Source of the DNA: Clostridia bacterium
Lineage (GTDB): Bacteria; Bacillota; Clostridia; Christensenellales; UBA1242
Direction of reading: 5' to 3'
NCBI GenBank assembly: GCA_045637805.1
Contig: JAZUAE010000014.1
Span: forward strand, 64,651 to 128,650
DNA length: 64,000 nt
Part shown: in pieces, positions 1 to 10,553 of the stretch
How the letters are laid out: each line of letters opens with the position of its first letter
Numbering within the stretch: the stretch's first letter is position 1
Made by a program: the position numbers and the translations under genes
The notes under the pieces: model-generated
Databases searched by the model: none
Seen by the model: only the letters and a program-made list of their open reading frames with translations
Told to the model about the DNA's origin: nothing

Positions 1-354
1 GAGTCTGCAATTCGTATAACACACATTTCTACAGGTATTATTGTCGCTTGTCAAGATGAACGTTCACAAATTAAAAACCGCGAAAAGGCAATGAACTGGC
101 TTAAAGCTAAATTGTATGATTTTTATCAATCACAAGAAGATAAAAAATATGCTGAAACACGTAAAAATCAAGTTGGAACAGGAGATAGAAGTGAGAAGAT
201 TAGAACATACAACTTCCCACAAAGCCGTGTAACAGACCATAGAATAAATTTAACTATTTATTCATTAGATAAATTTATGAATGGTGACTTAGATGATATG
301 ATAAAAGCACTTCAAGTTGCAGATCAACAAGCAAAACTTGCTGCAGCTGAGTAA
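1..354 (+). CDS. prfA: Peptide chain release factor 1, C-terminal part (5' end lies outside the window)
   Basis: Frame 1 is open from base 1 ([31 protein letters not shown]...) and runs into the listed [21 protein letters not shown] is the RF1-type class I release factor signature. Stop TAA at 352-354. Confidence 0.9.
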   Translation, partial: ESAIRITHISTGIIVACQDERSQIKNREKAMNWLKAKLYDFYQSQEDKKYAETRKNQVGTGDRSEKIRTYNFPQSRVTDHRINLTIYSLDKFMNGDLDDMIKALQVADQQAKLAAAE

Positions 355-401
355 TTGATAGGTATTAGAATAAAAAATATTATAAGCAGAACGTAATTGT
401 T

Positions 402-2282
402 TTGCTTTTATTTTTGAGAAAAGTGAGTTATAATTATATTGTGGAAAAAGAAATAAGGGAACATATTTTGAGTAAACTTAGCACACTGCCTCAAAGCAGT
501 GGTGTTTATATTATGAAAAACGAACTCGGCGAAGTGATTTATGTTGGCAAAGCTAAGAAACTTAAAAACCGTGTTAAAAGTTATTTTGATTCTTCAATTA
601 AAACAAAAAAAACATACGCGTTAGTCGCAAATATTGTTGATTTTGATTATATATTAACGGCATCAGAATCAGATGCTTTTTCACTTGAAGCAAACCTAAT
701 AAAAGAACATACTCCAAAATATAATATTTTATTAAAAGACGATAAATCTTATCCGTTTTTAAAAATAACCGTAAAAGAAAAATTTCCAAGATTATTAGTT
801 GAAAGAAAACCCGTAAATGATGGCAGTCTTCTATTTGGACCTTATGTTACAGGAGTGTCTATCAGTTCACTAGTGTCAATTATTAGAAAAGCGTTTAGAC
901 TTAGAACTTGCAATATTGATTTTTCAAAAGGAAAAACTTATAAACCATGTTTACATGGGGATTTGGGCGATTGTTTACCTGTTTGTGCGGGAAATATTAG
1001 TGAGGAAGAATATTTAAAAGAAGTGAAACATGTTATCAACTTCTTGAATGGTGACAATTCTGAGATATTAAAAAATTTGACAAAAAAAATGAATAAACTT
1101 GTTGAAGAAAACAAGTTTGAAGAGGCTATTATTTATCGTGATCAAATAAGAATGTTGCAGCGTGCTAGTGAAGACATAATTGCAACTTTAAACAAAGACG
1201 TTTCACTAGATGTATTTGGCATATATCAAACTGAAAGTATCGGAGCAATCAATGTTATGATTGTGCGTGGTGGAAGAATAATAAGTCAAATCAACTATCC
1301 ACTAACAAGTGAGGTTGGTGAAAATGGTGAAATACTTTCGAGATTTTTATTAAGTTTTTATAAAAACGCGTCTCAGGTACCATCTGAAATCGTTTTATCC
1401 GAAGAAATTTTAGATAAGGATTTGGTTAAAGGATTTTTAGAAGAAAAATTGGGAAAGAAAGTAAATATATTAGTGCCTGTTAAAGGAGTAAAAAAATCTT
1501 TAATTAGTGCCGCTTTAAAAAATGCAGAAGAATATTCAACAAATTCTATTGATAGATTAGAAAGAAATAAAAAACTTACACACGATGCACTTTGTGAACT
1601 TGCTGAAATTTTAAATCTTGAAAAAATATACAGGATTGAAGGGTTTGATATATCTAACATAAGCGGAACAAACAATGTTTCAAGTATGGTCGTTTTTGAG
1701 GGCGGCATGCCTGTAAAAAAAGAATATAGAAAATTTAAAATAAAAACAGTTAATGGTCCTAACGATTTTGCTTGTATGAATGAGACGATAGAGCGTAGAA
1801 TTACAGATCTACTTTCAGGAAAAGAAAAGTTTGAGACTAAACCAGATTTGATTTTAATAGATGGTGGTCTTGGGCAACTTCATGCAGCAAATAAAGTTTT
1901 GGAAAAATATAGTTTAATGACTCCTATTATAAGTCTGGCGGAAAAGGAAGAAGAAATATACACATTAGAGTCTTCAATACCGATTAGGCTTCCAAGGTCG
2001 TCAAATGCTTTAAAACTTTTACAAAGAGTTCGAGATGAGGCGCACAGATTTGCGGTTTCATTCCATAGAATTGTGAGAAACAAAAAGGAAGTTGTAAGTT
2101 TGTTTGACAACATTGATGGCTTTGGCAAAAAAAGACAAATGCTTTTATGGCGTGAGTTTAAGACATTAGATAATTTGTATAATGCAAAACCTGAGGATTT
2201 TGCTTTAGTACATGGAATCGGCGAAAAAACCGCATTTGAAATATATAATGCATTACATAAAACAGAAAAAGATATGCAATAA
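402..2282 (+). CDS. uvrC: Excinuclease ABC subunit C
   Basis: N-terminal GIY-YIG motif (GVYIMKNELGEVIYVGKAKKLKNRVKSYF), a UvrBC-interaction-like middle region and a C-terminal helix-hairpin-helix region (IDGFGKKRQ...VHGIGEKTA). The true start may be GTG 441 rather than TTG 402; neither has a clear SD. Confidence 0.9.
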   Translation: MLLFLRKVSYNYIVEKEIREHILSKLSTLPQSSGVYIMKNELGEVIYVGKAKKLKNRVKSYFDSSIKTKKTYALVANIVDFDYILTASESDAFSLEANLIKEHTPKYNILLKDDKSYPFLKITVKEKFPRLLVERKPVNDGSLLFGPYVTGVSISSLVSIIRKAFRLRTCNIDFSKGKTYKPCLHGDLGDCLPVCAGNISEEEYLKEVKHVINFLNGDNSEILKNLTKKMNKLVEENKFEEAIIYRDQIRMLQRASEDIIATLNKDVSLDVFGIYQTESIGAINVMIVRGGRIISQINYPLTSEVGENGEILSRFLLSFYKNASQVPSEIVLSEEILDKDLVKGFLEEKLGKKVNILVPVKGVKKSLISAALKNAEEYSTNSIDRLERNKKLTHDALCELAEILNLEKIYRIEGFDISNISGTNNVSSMVVFEGGMPVKKEYRKFKIKTVNGPNDFACMNETIERRITDLLSGKEKFETKPDLILIDGGLGQLHAANKVLEKYSLMTPIISLAEKEEEIYTLESSIPIRLPRSSNALKLLQRVRDEAHRFAVSFHRIVRNKKEVVSLFDNIDGFGKKRQMLLWREFKTLDNLYNAKPEDFALVHGIGEKTAFEIYNALHKTEKDMQ

Positions 2283-2310
2283 CCAAAAAAGAAGAGCATA
2301 TCTTTTTATT

Positions 2311-3315
2311 ATGAAAAAGAAAATTATCGCTAGTGTGACTGCTTTTATTTTGGTTGGCATAAGTGTTTGTTTAATCATATTTTTGCCAAATACAAAAAAT
2401 GAACAGATGCTAGAAAATAAATTTTTAAATGAAAAAAGTGAATATCAAGGAGTTATTACTCTTTGGAATATAGACACCTTCGAAAGTGGTACAGCATCAA
2501 AGTCCTCATTTTTAGAAAAAATGGCGATTAATTTTGAGAAAGAAAACAGAGGTATATATATTCTTGTAAAAAATATGACAATAGATGAATGTTTATTACA
2601 ATTAGAACAGGGAAATAAGCCTGATTTGTTTTCATACGGTGAAGGTTTGTTTGATATTTTAAAACCATATTTTGGTAATGGCTTAGACAATGTTGAAATA
2701 AAAAACATTATTCAAAATAACGGTAAAGATTTATCAATTGCAAAGCCTTGGTGCTTTGGTTTTTATAGTTTAATTTCGACTAGCAAAAATCTTGAAAAAA
2801 GTGGAAATGATTCAAATACAAATCTAATTGAAATTATAGATAATTGTTCTTATGAGAAAAAATTAAAAAGATCCACAAAGCACATTAGTTCTTATGTGTA
2901 TGGTGGAGCAGAATATACAAACATAAAAGCAATGCTTTCAAATTTATCAAAAACCGTTGAGGGGAATGACAATACTTTCTTTGAAGCGTATGAGCAATTC
3001 ATAAATGGTAACGCAAGTATTTTGTGTGGGTCGCAAAGAGATATAGTTAGAATGGAAAATAGGGTGAAAGTTGGAAAAATAGATAGCTATTTATATGATT
3101 GTATTTTTGATTATACAGACCTTGTACAATATTTGTCATACGTTCCAAACAAAAATAGTCTTATGAATAAATATTCTAAAAAATTTATTAATTTTATGTT
3201 AAGCATAAAAGTTCAAGAAAATTTATCTAAAATTAGTATGTGTGCGGCAAGGAATGGTGTTATTGCAAATGCAGGAAATGGAGTGTTTGGAGATATTGAA
3301 ATAAAATTTAGTTAA
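2311..3315 (+). CDS. Hypothetical membrane-anchored/secreted protein, possibly solute-binding-protein-like
   Basis: ATG 2311 gives MKKKIIASVTAFILVGISVCLIIFL, an N-terminal signal/anchor helix. The listed 2212 start overlaps the uvrC 3' end and is less likely. No diagnostic catalytic motif recognised. Confidence 0.5.
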   Translation: MKKKIIASVTAFILVGISVCLIIFLPNTKNEQMLENKFLNEKSEYQGVITLWNIDTFESGTASKSSFLEKMAINFEKENRGIYILVKNMTIDECLLQLEQGNKPDLFSYGEGLFDILKPYFGNGLDNVEIKNIIQNNGKDLSIAKPWCFGFYSLISTSKNLEKSGNDSNTNLIEIIDNCSYEKKLKRSTKHISSYVYGGAEYTNIKAMLSNLSKTVEGNDNTFFEAYEQFINGNASILCGSQRDIVRMENRVKVGKIDSYLYDCIFDYTDLVQYLSYVPNKNSLMNKYSKKFINFMLSIKVQENLSKISMCAARNGVIANAGNGVFGDIEIKFS

Positions 3316-3360
3316 TTGCTTAAAAAAATTGAAAAATAATCGGTTTAGGAGTAAAATAGT

Positions 3361-4278
3361 ATGTGTGGCAAGAATTGCAAATTAAAGCAACTTGAAACAA
3401 TAGAATATGAAAAAGACTTTGACTTGAAAAAGATATCAAGTTTCGGTATTGGAGGAAAGGCAGACGTTGTTGTTTTTCCAAAAACGAAAAGTGAACTTGT
3501 AAAAGCATTGTCGGTTATGCCAAATGCTATTGTGATAGGAAACGGAACAAATATTCTTTTTTCAGATCATGGCATTAAAAGTCCTATTATAACAACGCGT
3601 AAAATGAAAGACGAGGTTTGTATAAATGGAACAAAAATCACAGTAAGTGCAGGAGTTAATATTTGTACCGTTTGCTCTGAAACGATAAAACTTGGCTTGG
3701 CTGGTTTTGAAAACTTATATGGAATACCTGCGACTATTGGCGGAGCCCTATTTATGAATGCTGGTGCTTTTGGTACCGAGATATCGTCTATTCTAGAGAG
3801 TGTTCAAATATTAAAAGATGGGCGGATTGAAAACTTGTCAAAAAGCGACTTGAAGTTTGGACATAGGCATTCATCTTTTCAAACAGAGAAAGTTGTGATT
3901 TTGGAGGCCACGTTTCATTTAAAGCAATATGATAGCAAAAAACTTGAAGATAAGGTTAAGGAAAATATTTTATGGCGCATTAAGAATCAACCAACAGGGA
4001 AAAGTGCAGGAAGTATTTTTAAAAAATCTATCGAGCCAGCAGGGTTGCTAATTGATAAAGCAGGTTTAAAGGGATTGAAAATAGGCGGTGCTATTGTGTC
4101 GAATAAGCACGCAAACTTTATAATCAATGAAAACAACGCTTCTGCAAAAGATGTTTTAAGTTTAATAAAAATAATTAAAGATAAAATTTATATTGAAAGC
4201 GGAGTATTGCTTGAAGAAGAAATTAAATACATAGGAGAACAAGATGATACTATCGGGAGATTTCCATACTCACTCTGA
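3361..4278 (+). CDS. murB: UDP-N-acetylenolpyruvoylglucosamine reductase
   Basis: FAD-binding N-terminus (FGIGGKADVVVFP) plus GGALFMNAGAFG, KNQPTGKSAGSIFKK and GGAIVSNKHANFIIN, all typical MurB blocks. Confidence 0.9.
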   Translation: MCGKNCKLKQLETIEYEKDFDLKKISSFGIGGKADVVVFPKTKSELVKALSVMPNAIVIGNGTNILFSDHGIKSPIITTRKMKDEVCINGTKITVSAGVNICTVCSETIKLGLAGFENLYGIPATIGGALFMNAGAFGTEISSILESVQILKDGRIENLSKSDLKFGHRHSSFQTEKVVILEATFHLKQYDSKKLEDKVKENILWRIKNQPTGKSAGSIFKKSIEPAGLLIDKAGLKGLKIGGAIVSNKHANFIINENNASAKDVLSLIKIIKDKIYIESGVLLEEEIKYIGEQDDTIGRFPYSL

Positions 4279-4966
4279 ATATAGTAGATGGGGGCATGGC
4301 AAAGATTCAATCGAAGATATGGTAAGTAAGGCAAATGAAAGTGGATTAACTAGCCTTGCTATTACTGATCATGGTCCAAAACATATTTTGTTTCCTATTT
4401 CTCTTAAAAATTTACGTAAAGCTAGAAAACAAATAGATGAAATTAATAAGACAAGTAAGACAAAGGTTTATCTTGGTGTAGAGGCTAATCTCATAGGTGG
4501 AGATGGAACTATCGACCTTACAGAGGAACAGTTGAAACTAATAGATGTTTTGCTCGTTGGATATCACATGTGTACGTTTGCAGACTTTGTAGGATTTATT
4601 AATAAAAACAATAATTCAAAAAAACAAATTCAAAAAAACACGCAAGCATATTTAAATATGCTTAACAAATATGATGTAGATATAATAACGCATATTCAAG
4701 AACATATAAAAGTTGACCTGAAGCCTATTGCTGAGTTGTGTGCAAAAAAAGGAACTTTAATTGAAATAAATAATAAGCACTTGCGCTTAGATGCGGACGA
4801 TGCTAAAATTTTAATTGAAAGCGGGTGTAAATTAATCATTAATTCAGATGCCCATTCAAAGGATCGTATAGGAAAAGTTGACAATGCAATTAAATTTATA
4901 GTGGACAACAAAATATCACGAGATAGAGTTGTTAATATTGACAAAGAGTATATTCCAAAGAGGTAA
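4244..4966 (+). CDS. PHP-domain metal-dependent phosphoesterase
   Basis: GDFHTHSEYS...ITDHGP...SDAHS is the His/Asp pattern of the PHP (polymerase and histidinol phosphatase) fold. Overlaps the murB 3' end by 35 nt. Confidence 0.7.
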   Translation: MILSGDFHTHSEYSRWGHGKDSIEDMVSKANESGLTSLAITDHGPKHILFPISLKNLRKARKQIDEINKTSKTKVYLGVEANLIGGDGTIDLTEEQLKLIDVLLVGYHMCTFADFVGFINKNNNSKKQIQKNTQAYLNMLNKYDVDIITHIQEHIKVDLKPIAELCAKKGTLIEINNKHLRLDADDAKILIESGCKLIINSDAHSKDRIGKVDNAIKFIVDNKISRDRVVNIDKEYIPKR

Positions 4967-4969
4967 AGT

Positions 4970-5938
4970 GTGACATTTTCAAGAGAGGTAAAGAAAGAAA
5001 TTATTGCAACAATAAATGAAAGTAATTATGAGCTTTCAGTTATTTGTGGTGCATTGCTTTCTGCTGGATCTCTAGTTATTTCTAATAAAAAAATGTCTTT
5101 TACAATAACAAGTGAAATTTTGGAATTTTTACAATTAATTCAAGACATGATTGCAAGACTAACTGGTGAATCTAATTTTTCAATATCCAGTAAAAAAAGT
5201 AAATATTCAGGAAATGATGTTTTCACTTTATCTGTACCGACAGAAACGGGAGAGGAAATACTTGGGCTTTGCGGAATTATTTTTAGAGATGAACTTGGAA
5301 GAATGCAAATAAATTATGCCGGCGACGACCATTTGTTTAATGAAGATGCAGGGAGAAAAGCATTTTTGAGTTCTGCCTTTATCGGAAGTGGAAGTATAAG
5401 TATTCCAGATCAGGGTGAAAACGGATATAAGAAAAACAGTGGATATCACATGGAATGGACCTGTCAAACTGTTGTTGGTTCAAATAGAATTGCAGAAGTG
5501 TTGGCAATTTTTGACATTTTAAGTAAAAAAGTTGAGCGTAATAACGAGCAGGTTATATATCTAAAAGAAGGAGATACAATATCGGATATTCTCAAACTTC
5601 TTGGTGCTTCAAAATCGGTTTTAGTTTTGGAAAATCAAAGAGTGAGTCGCGATGTTAGAAATCTTGCAAACAGGCAAGCAAATTGTACTGTTGCAAATAT
5701 TGAAAAAAGTATATCAGCAGCACAAAAACAACTAGATGCGATTGAGATAATAATGCAAACTATCGGTATTGAAAATCTGCCAGACACCTTGTCTGAAATA
5801 GCACTTGCTAGACTTGCAAATCCAGAAAGTACATTAACAGAATTAGGCAATATGCTTGAAAAACCTATTAGTAGAGGAGCTGTTAATCAGAGGTTTAACA
5901 AATTATTAGAAATCGCAAAAGAGGTGGGTAATGGGTAA
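4970..5938 (+). CDS. whiA: DNA-binding protein WhiA
   Basis: GTG start. Size (322 aa) and the block NQRVSRDVRNLANRQANCTVANIEKSISAAQKQ with a C-terminal HTH (ISRGAVNQRFNKL) fit the WhiA family. Confidence 0.85.
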   Translation: MTFSREVKKEIIATINESNYELSVICGALLSAGSLVISNKKMSFTITSEILEFLQLIQDMIARLTGESNFSISSKKSKYSGNDVFTLSVPTETGEEILGLCGIIFRDELGRMQINYAGDDHLFNEDAGRKAFLSSAFIGSGSISIPDQGENGYKKNSGYHMEWTCQTVVGSNRIAEVLAIFDILSKKVERNNEQVIYLKEGDTISDILKLLGASKSVLVLENQRVSRDVRNLANRQANCTVANIEKSISAAQKQLDAIEIIMQTIGIENLPDTLSEIALARLANPESTLTELGNMLEKPISRGAVNQRFNKLLEIAKEVGNG

Positions 5939-8900
5939 TTTTTCACATTTACATTTACATACTGAATATAGTTTGCTCGATGGTGCCGCAAGAATAAAAA
6001 AAGTTACCAAGGTGGCAAAAGAGATGGGAATGCCAGGTATTGCTATTACTGACCATGGTAATATGTATGGTGTTGTTCAGTTCTATAACGCCTGTGTTGA
6101 CCTTGACAAAGACTATTTTAAGGAGCATGGTCAACCGATTGTAAAACCTATTATCGGTTGTGAATTTTATATTTGTAATGATATCAATGTCAAAAGTGGT
6201 AGGGGTGAGTTTAATCACTTAGTTTTACTTGCAAAAGATGATGTTGGATACAACAATCTCTGTCTGCTCAACACCATAGCCTTTTGTGATGGATTTTATT
6301 ACAAGCCAAGAATAGATTATAAAACTCTTGAAGCGCATCATGAAGGGTTAGTGTGTCTTTCTGCGTGTATCGCTGGTGATGTGCCTCAAGCAATTCTTAG
6401 ACGTGAATTTGACGAGGCTGAAAGACTTATTTTGTGGTATAAATCACTTTTTGGTGATGATTATTATTTTGAAATTCAAAATCATAACCTTGAAGAACAA
6501 ATTGTTGTAAATGAAAAGTTACATGAATATGGAAAGAAATATGGTATTAAATTAGTTGCAACTAATGACGTACATTATATTTATAAAGAAGATGCCGTAA
6601 CACAAGATGTTTTACTTTGTGTGCAAACAGGTAAAACTTATGATGATCCTGACAGATGGCGTTTTGATGGGGATCAATTCTATTTTAAATCAGAAGAAGA
6701 AATGGCAAAGGTCTTTCCAAACGATTTAGAGGCTTTGGAAAATACAAAAGAGATTGTAGATAAGTGCAATTACAAGTTTGTATTTGGACAATATATGTAT
6801 CCTAAATATATTCCGGTAACAGGTCAAACACCTGAGAATTATATGCGCGATTTAGTTGAGGCTGGTTTAAAGAAAAAATATTCGAAAGAAACTGATGAAA
6901 TTCGTGAAAGAATTGAATACGAGTTTAATACTATTAAAAAACTTGGATATATTGAGTATTATTTAATTGTTTGGGATTACATAAATGCTGCAAGAGAAAA
7001 AGGTATTTCTGTTGGTCCTGGACGTGGTAGTGGTGTAGGATCAATTATTGCTTATTTAATTGGAATAACTGATGTGGATCCTATAAAATATGGCTTATTC
7101 TTTGAAAGATTTTTAAACCCAGAACGTGTTAGTGCTCCCGATTTTGACGTTGACTTCCAAGACAACAGACGTGATGAGGTTTTTGATTACGTTAAAGAAA
7201 AATATGGTGAAGGAAAGGTTGCAAAAATTATAACTTTTGGCACCATGGCTGCAAAGAACGCAATCAAAGACGTTGCGAGAGTTTTACGTGTGCCTTATGC
7301 AGAGGTTGATAAGGTAACCAAAGCAATACCTAACAATGTAAAAAGGCCAAATATTATTGCAAAGTGTTTTGGTTTGCATAGAAAAGAAGGTGAGCCTGAC
7401 AATAGTATTCCTGAACTTGTTGAGATATATAATGCAAATCCTGATATAAAAAGGGTCGTTGATATAGCTGACAAACTAGAAGATAGTCCAAGACAAACGG
7501 GTATTCATGCCTGCGGTGTTATTATTGGTCGTGATATATTAGAAGAACATATACCTCTTGCAAAAAATGGTGATATTGTAACTACTCAATTTGTCGGTGG
7601 CGAACTTGAGACATTAGGCCATCTTAAAATGGACTTTTTAGGACTTTGTAACTTGTCTGATATTCAACTTTGTATTAAATATGTTAAGGAAAATCATGGT
7701 GTTGACATTTCTTTTGATGGTTGCACTTATGATGATCAAAAAGTTTACGAACTTATTTCAACTGGAAATACAAAGGGTATGTTCCAGATTGAAAGTCCTG
7801 GCTTCCAAAAATTCTTAAAGGAATTAAAACCAAACTGCTTGGAAGATATTATAGCGGGTGTTAGCTTGTATCGTCCAGGTCCTATGGATAGTATTCCAGA
7901 CTTTATTCACAATAAGCACAATCCACAAGATATTAAATATATAAGCCCGGTTATGGAACCGATTTTAAACGTCACATATGGTTGTATAGTTTACCAAGAG
8001 CAGGTTATGAAAATTGTTCAAGAACTTGCTGGATACACTCTAGGTAGAGCGGATAGTGTGCGTAAGTACATGGGTAAGAAAAAATTAAAAGAACTTCAAG
8101 CTGAAAGACAAGTTTTCTTATACGGCTGTCCAGCAAAAGATGGAAAACCTGCTGTAGATGGTGTTATTAAGCGTGGCGTTGATGAGGCTGTTGCTAATAA
8201 ACTATGGGACGAAATGGAAAAGTTTGGTTCGTATGCGTTTAACAAGTCTCATGCTGCAGCATATTCAGTAGTAACTTATGAAACAGCTTATTTAAAGACA
8301 TATTACGAATCAGAATTCTTAACTGCGCTATTAAATAACCGTATCACAAAATCTGACGAAATTAAGAACTATGTAACTTATATTAAAAGCGAAAAAATTG
8401 AAGTTTTACCTCCAGACATAAATGAAAGTGAAACGTATTTTAAATGTCAAAAAGATGGAAAAATTAGATTTGGATTAGCTGCCCTTAAAAATGTTGGTAT
8501 AGCAGTGGTTGAGTCAATAGTTGAAGAACGTAAGGCAAATGGCAAATTTAAAGATCTTGGCGACTTTTTCCAAAGAGTAGACACATCTCTTGTAAATAAA
8601 AGGAGTATTGAAAGTTTTATCTTAGCTGGTGCTTTTGATTGTTTTGGCTATAAACGTAGTCAGCTTATGGCGGTTTATGATACAGCACTAAACTGTGCAA
8701 TTAAAGATAAAAAATCAAGATTAGCAGGTCAATTTTCTATGTTTGGTGATTTGCTTGCAAATGATGAATCTATAAAAATTGATTATCCAAATATTAATGA
8801 ATATGATTTAAGATTTAAGCTTAAAAAAGAAAAGGAAACGCTTGGAACATACATAAGTGGTCACCCTCTTGATGATTACATTGAAAAGGTGAATACTTTT

Positions 8901-9524
8901 AACTTCAACTCAAGTATGATTGAAGAAATTTCTGACACTGAAGCTGTCGAAGAAATTGATGGGGAAGAGCATCAAAATGTCGTTAGTGATTTGCAGGACG
9001 GTATGAATGTGGTTTGTGGTGGTATTGTTTCTGACGTTCATAAGATGTTTACAAAGAATGGAAACAAGCCTATGGCAGTTATCGCAGTTGAAGATCTTTA
9101 TGGAACATTTGAGGTTATGCTATTTAACAAGATGTATGAAAAGGTTAGAAATGAATTAGCTGAAGATGTAATGCTTACTGTTAAAGGACACTTATCTCTA
9201 CGTGATGGACAAAAACCTATCATTATTGCAGATAGTATTGAGTTTTGGAATGATGATAAATCAGCTGCGGAAAATATGGGAAAACCTATTGAAGTGGCAA
9301 CTAATGCTATAAAAACAAAAAAACTTTATTTGCAATTTGATATACAAAATGAAAATTTAAAAAATGAAGTATTGTCTGTATTAAAAAGTTATAGTGGTAT
9401 CACTCCAGTGTTTGTACAATGGAATAAAAAATTGTATAATATAAATGTATTTACAGAATATAATAAGAACTTACAAATTGAACTTGCTTCTATTATAGGG
9501 GATAATAACATAAAGTTTATTTAG
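5931..9524 (+). CDS. dnaE: DNA polymerase III alpha subunit (DnaE type)
   Basis: 1197 aa with an N-terminal PHP motif (HLHLHTEYSLLDGA...ITDHGNMYG), polymerase core blocks (GPGRGSGVGS, PDFDVDF, FQIES.GF, YRPGPM, NKSHAAAY) and a C-terminal OB region. Start overlaps the whiA stop (ATGGGTAA). Confidence 0.95.
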   Translation: MGNFSHLHLHTEYSLLDGAARIKKVTKVAKEMGMPGIAITDHGNMYGVVQFYNACVDLDKDYFKEHGQPIVKPIIGCEFYICNDINVKSGRGEFNHLVLLAKDDVGYNNLCLLNTIAFCDGFYYKPRIDYKTLEAHHEGLVCLSACIAGDVPQAILRREFDEAERLILWYKSLFGDDYYFEIQNHNLEEQIVVNEKLHEYGKKYGIKLVATNDVHYIYKEDAVTQDVLLCVQTGKTYDDPDRWRFDGDQFYFKSEEEMAKVFPNDLEALENTKEIVDKCNYKFVFGQYMYPKYIPVTGQTPENYMRDLVEAGLKKKYSKETDEIRERIEYEFNTIKKLGYIEYYLIVWDYINAAREKGISVGPGRGSGVGSIIAYLIGITDVDPIKYGLFFERFLNPERVSAPDFDVDFQDNRRDEVFDYVKEKYGEGKVAKIITFGTMAAKNAIKDVARVLRVPYAEVDKVTKAIPNNVKRPNIIAKCFGLHRKEGEPDNSIPELVEIYNANPDIKRVVDIADKLEDSPRQTGIHACGVIIGRDILEEHIPLAKNGDIVTTQFVGGELETLGHLKMDFLGLCNLSDIQLCIKYVKENHGVDISFDGCTYDDQKVYELISTGNTKGMFQIESPGFQKFLKELKPNCLEDIIAGVSLYRPGPMDSIPDFIHNKHNPQDIKYISPVMEPILNVTYGCIVYQEQVMKIVQELAGYTLGRADSVRKYMGKKKLKELQAERQVFLYGCPAKDGKPAVDGVIKRGVDEAVANKLWDEMEKFGSYAFNKSHAAAYSVVTYETAYLKTYYESEFLTALLNNRITKSDEIKNYVTYIKSEKIEVLPPDINESETYFKCQKDGKIRFGLAALKNVGIAVVESIVEERKANGKFKDLGDFFQRVDTSLVNKRSIESFILAGAFDCFGYKRSQLMAVYDTALNCAIKDKKSRLAGQFSMFGDLLANDESIKIDYPNINEYDLRFKLKKEKETLGTYISGHPLDDYIEKVNTFNFNSSMIEEISDTEAVEEIDGEEHQNVVSDLQDGMNVVCGGIVSDVHKMFTKNGNKPMAVIAVEDLYGTFEVMLFNKMYEKVRNELAEDVMLTVKGHLSLRDGQKPIIIADSIEFWNDDKSAAENMGKPIEVATNAIKTKKLYLQFDIQNENLKNEVLSVLKSYSGITPVFVQWNKKLYNINVFTEYNKNLQIELASIIGDNNIKFI

Positions 9525-9533
9525 GGGGAAACT

Positions 9534-10493
9534 ATGAAAAAGATAGCTATACTCACCAGTGGCGGCGATGCTCCTGGTATGAATGCTTGTATAAGAAGTA
9601 TTGTGAGATACGCAACTACTAAAAATATTGAAGTGTTAGGTTTCAAAAGAGGATATCAAGGCTTAATTGAAAACGATTTTGAAGTATTAAATTTTAGAAG
9701 CGTTGGTAATATCTTGCAGCTTGGTGGGACCATTCTTAAAACTAGTCGATCAGAAGAATTTATGACGGAAAATGGATATAAAAAAGCGTTGGCTAATTTA
9801 AGGAAAAACAAGATTGAAGGTCTTATTGTTATAGGTGGCGATGGTTCATATAAAGGTGCAGAAAAATTAGCAGATTCTGGTGTTAAAGTTATTGCAATTC
9901 CAGCTTCTATCGATAACGATTTATATTATACCGATTATACAATAGGTTTTGATTCGGCCGTAAATACCATAATAGAATTAACAAATAATGTAAGAGATAC
10001 ATCTCTTTCTCATGATAGAATTAGTGTAATAGAAGTTATGGGTGCTGGTTGCGGTGATATTGCATTGAATGTTGGTATTGCTTGTGGTGCAGATCAAATA
10101 CTAGTACCTGAAGTAAAAGTTGATTTAAATGAAGTTTATAGAAACATTAAATCTCATTATGAAAATGGCAAAAAATTTAGTATTATAATTGTTAATGAAA
10201 AATTTGCCACAGCAGAAGAAATATCGTCAGACTTACAAAATAAGGTTGGATTAGAGTCAAGACCTCTTGTTGTGGGGCATATTCAAAGAGGTGGTAGCCC
10301 TTCAAGGATAGATAGAATTTTGGCAACAAAATTTGGCGTCTATGCTGTTGATTTGTTGAAAAACGGTGAAACGAATAAAGCTATCGGTGTAAAAGCACAA
10401 AAATTAATTACCACTGATATTGAAAAAGCACTAAAAGGCAATAGAAAGTTTGATATTGAAGCCTATCGTTTAGCCCACAGTTTAACGTATTAA
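9534..10493 (+). CDS. pfkA: ATP-dependent 6-phosphofructokinase
   Basis: LTSGGDAPGMNA, IGGDGSY, IPASIDND and GHIQRGG motifs; 319 aa. Confidence 0.95.
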   Translation: MKKIAILTSGGDAPGMNACIRSIVRYATTKNIEVLGFKRGYQGLIENDFEVLNFRSVGNILQLGGTILKTSRSEEFMTENGYKKALANLRKNKIEGLIVIGGDGSYKGAEKLADSGVKVIAIPASIDNDLYYTDYTIGFDSAVNTIIELTNNVRDTSLSHDRISVIEVMGAGCGDIALNVGIACGADQILVPEVKVDLNEVYRNIKSHYENGKKFSIIIVNEKFATAEEISSDLQNKVGLESRPLVVGHIQRGGSPSRIDRILATKFGVYAVDLLKNGETNKAIGVKAQKLITTDIEKALKGNRKFDIEAYRLAHSLTY

Positions 10494-10525
10494 TGTAAAA
10501 AACGTTTAAAATTTTACAAATAAAA

Positions 10526-10553
10526 AGAAACCACAATTTGTGGTTTCTTTTTT
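10526..10553. terminator. Bidirectional intrinsic terminator shared by pfkA (+) and the Cys-rich peptide gene (-)
   Basis: Perfect 10-bp stem AGAAACCACA / TGTGGTTTCT with a 3-nt loop, flanked by an A-run on the left and a T-run on the right. Confidence 0.65.
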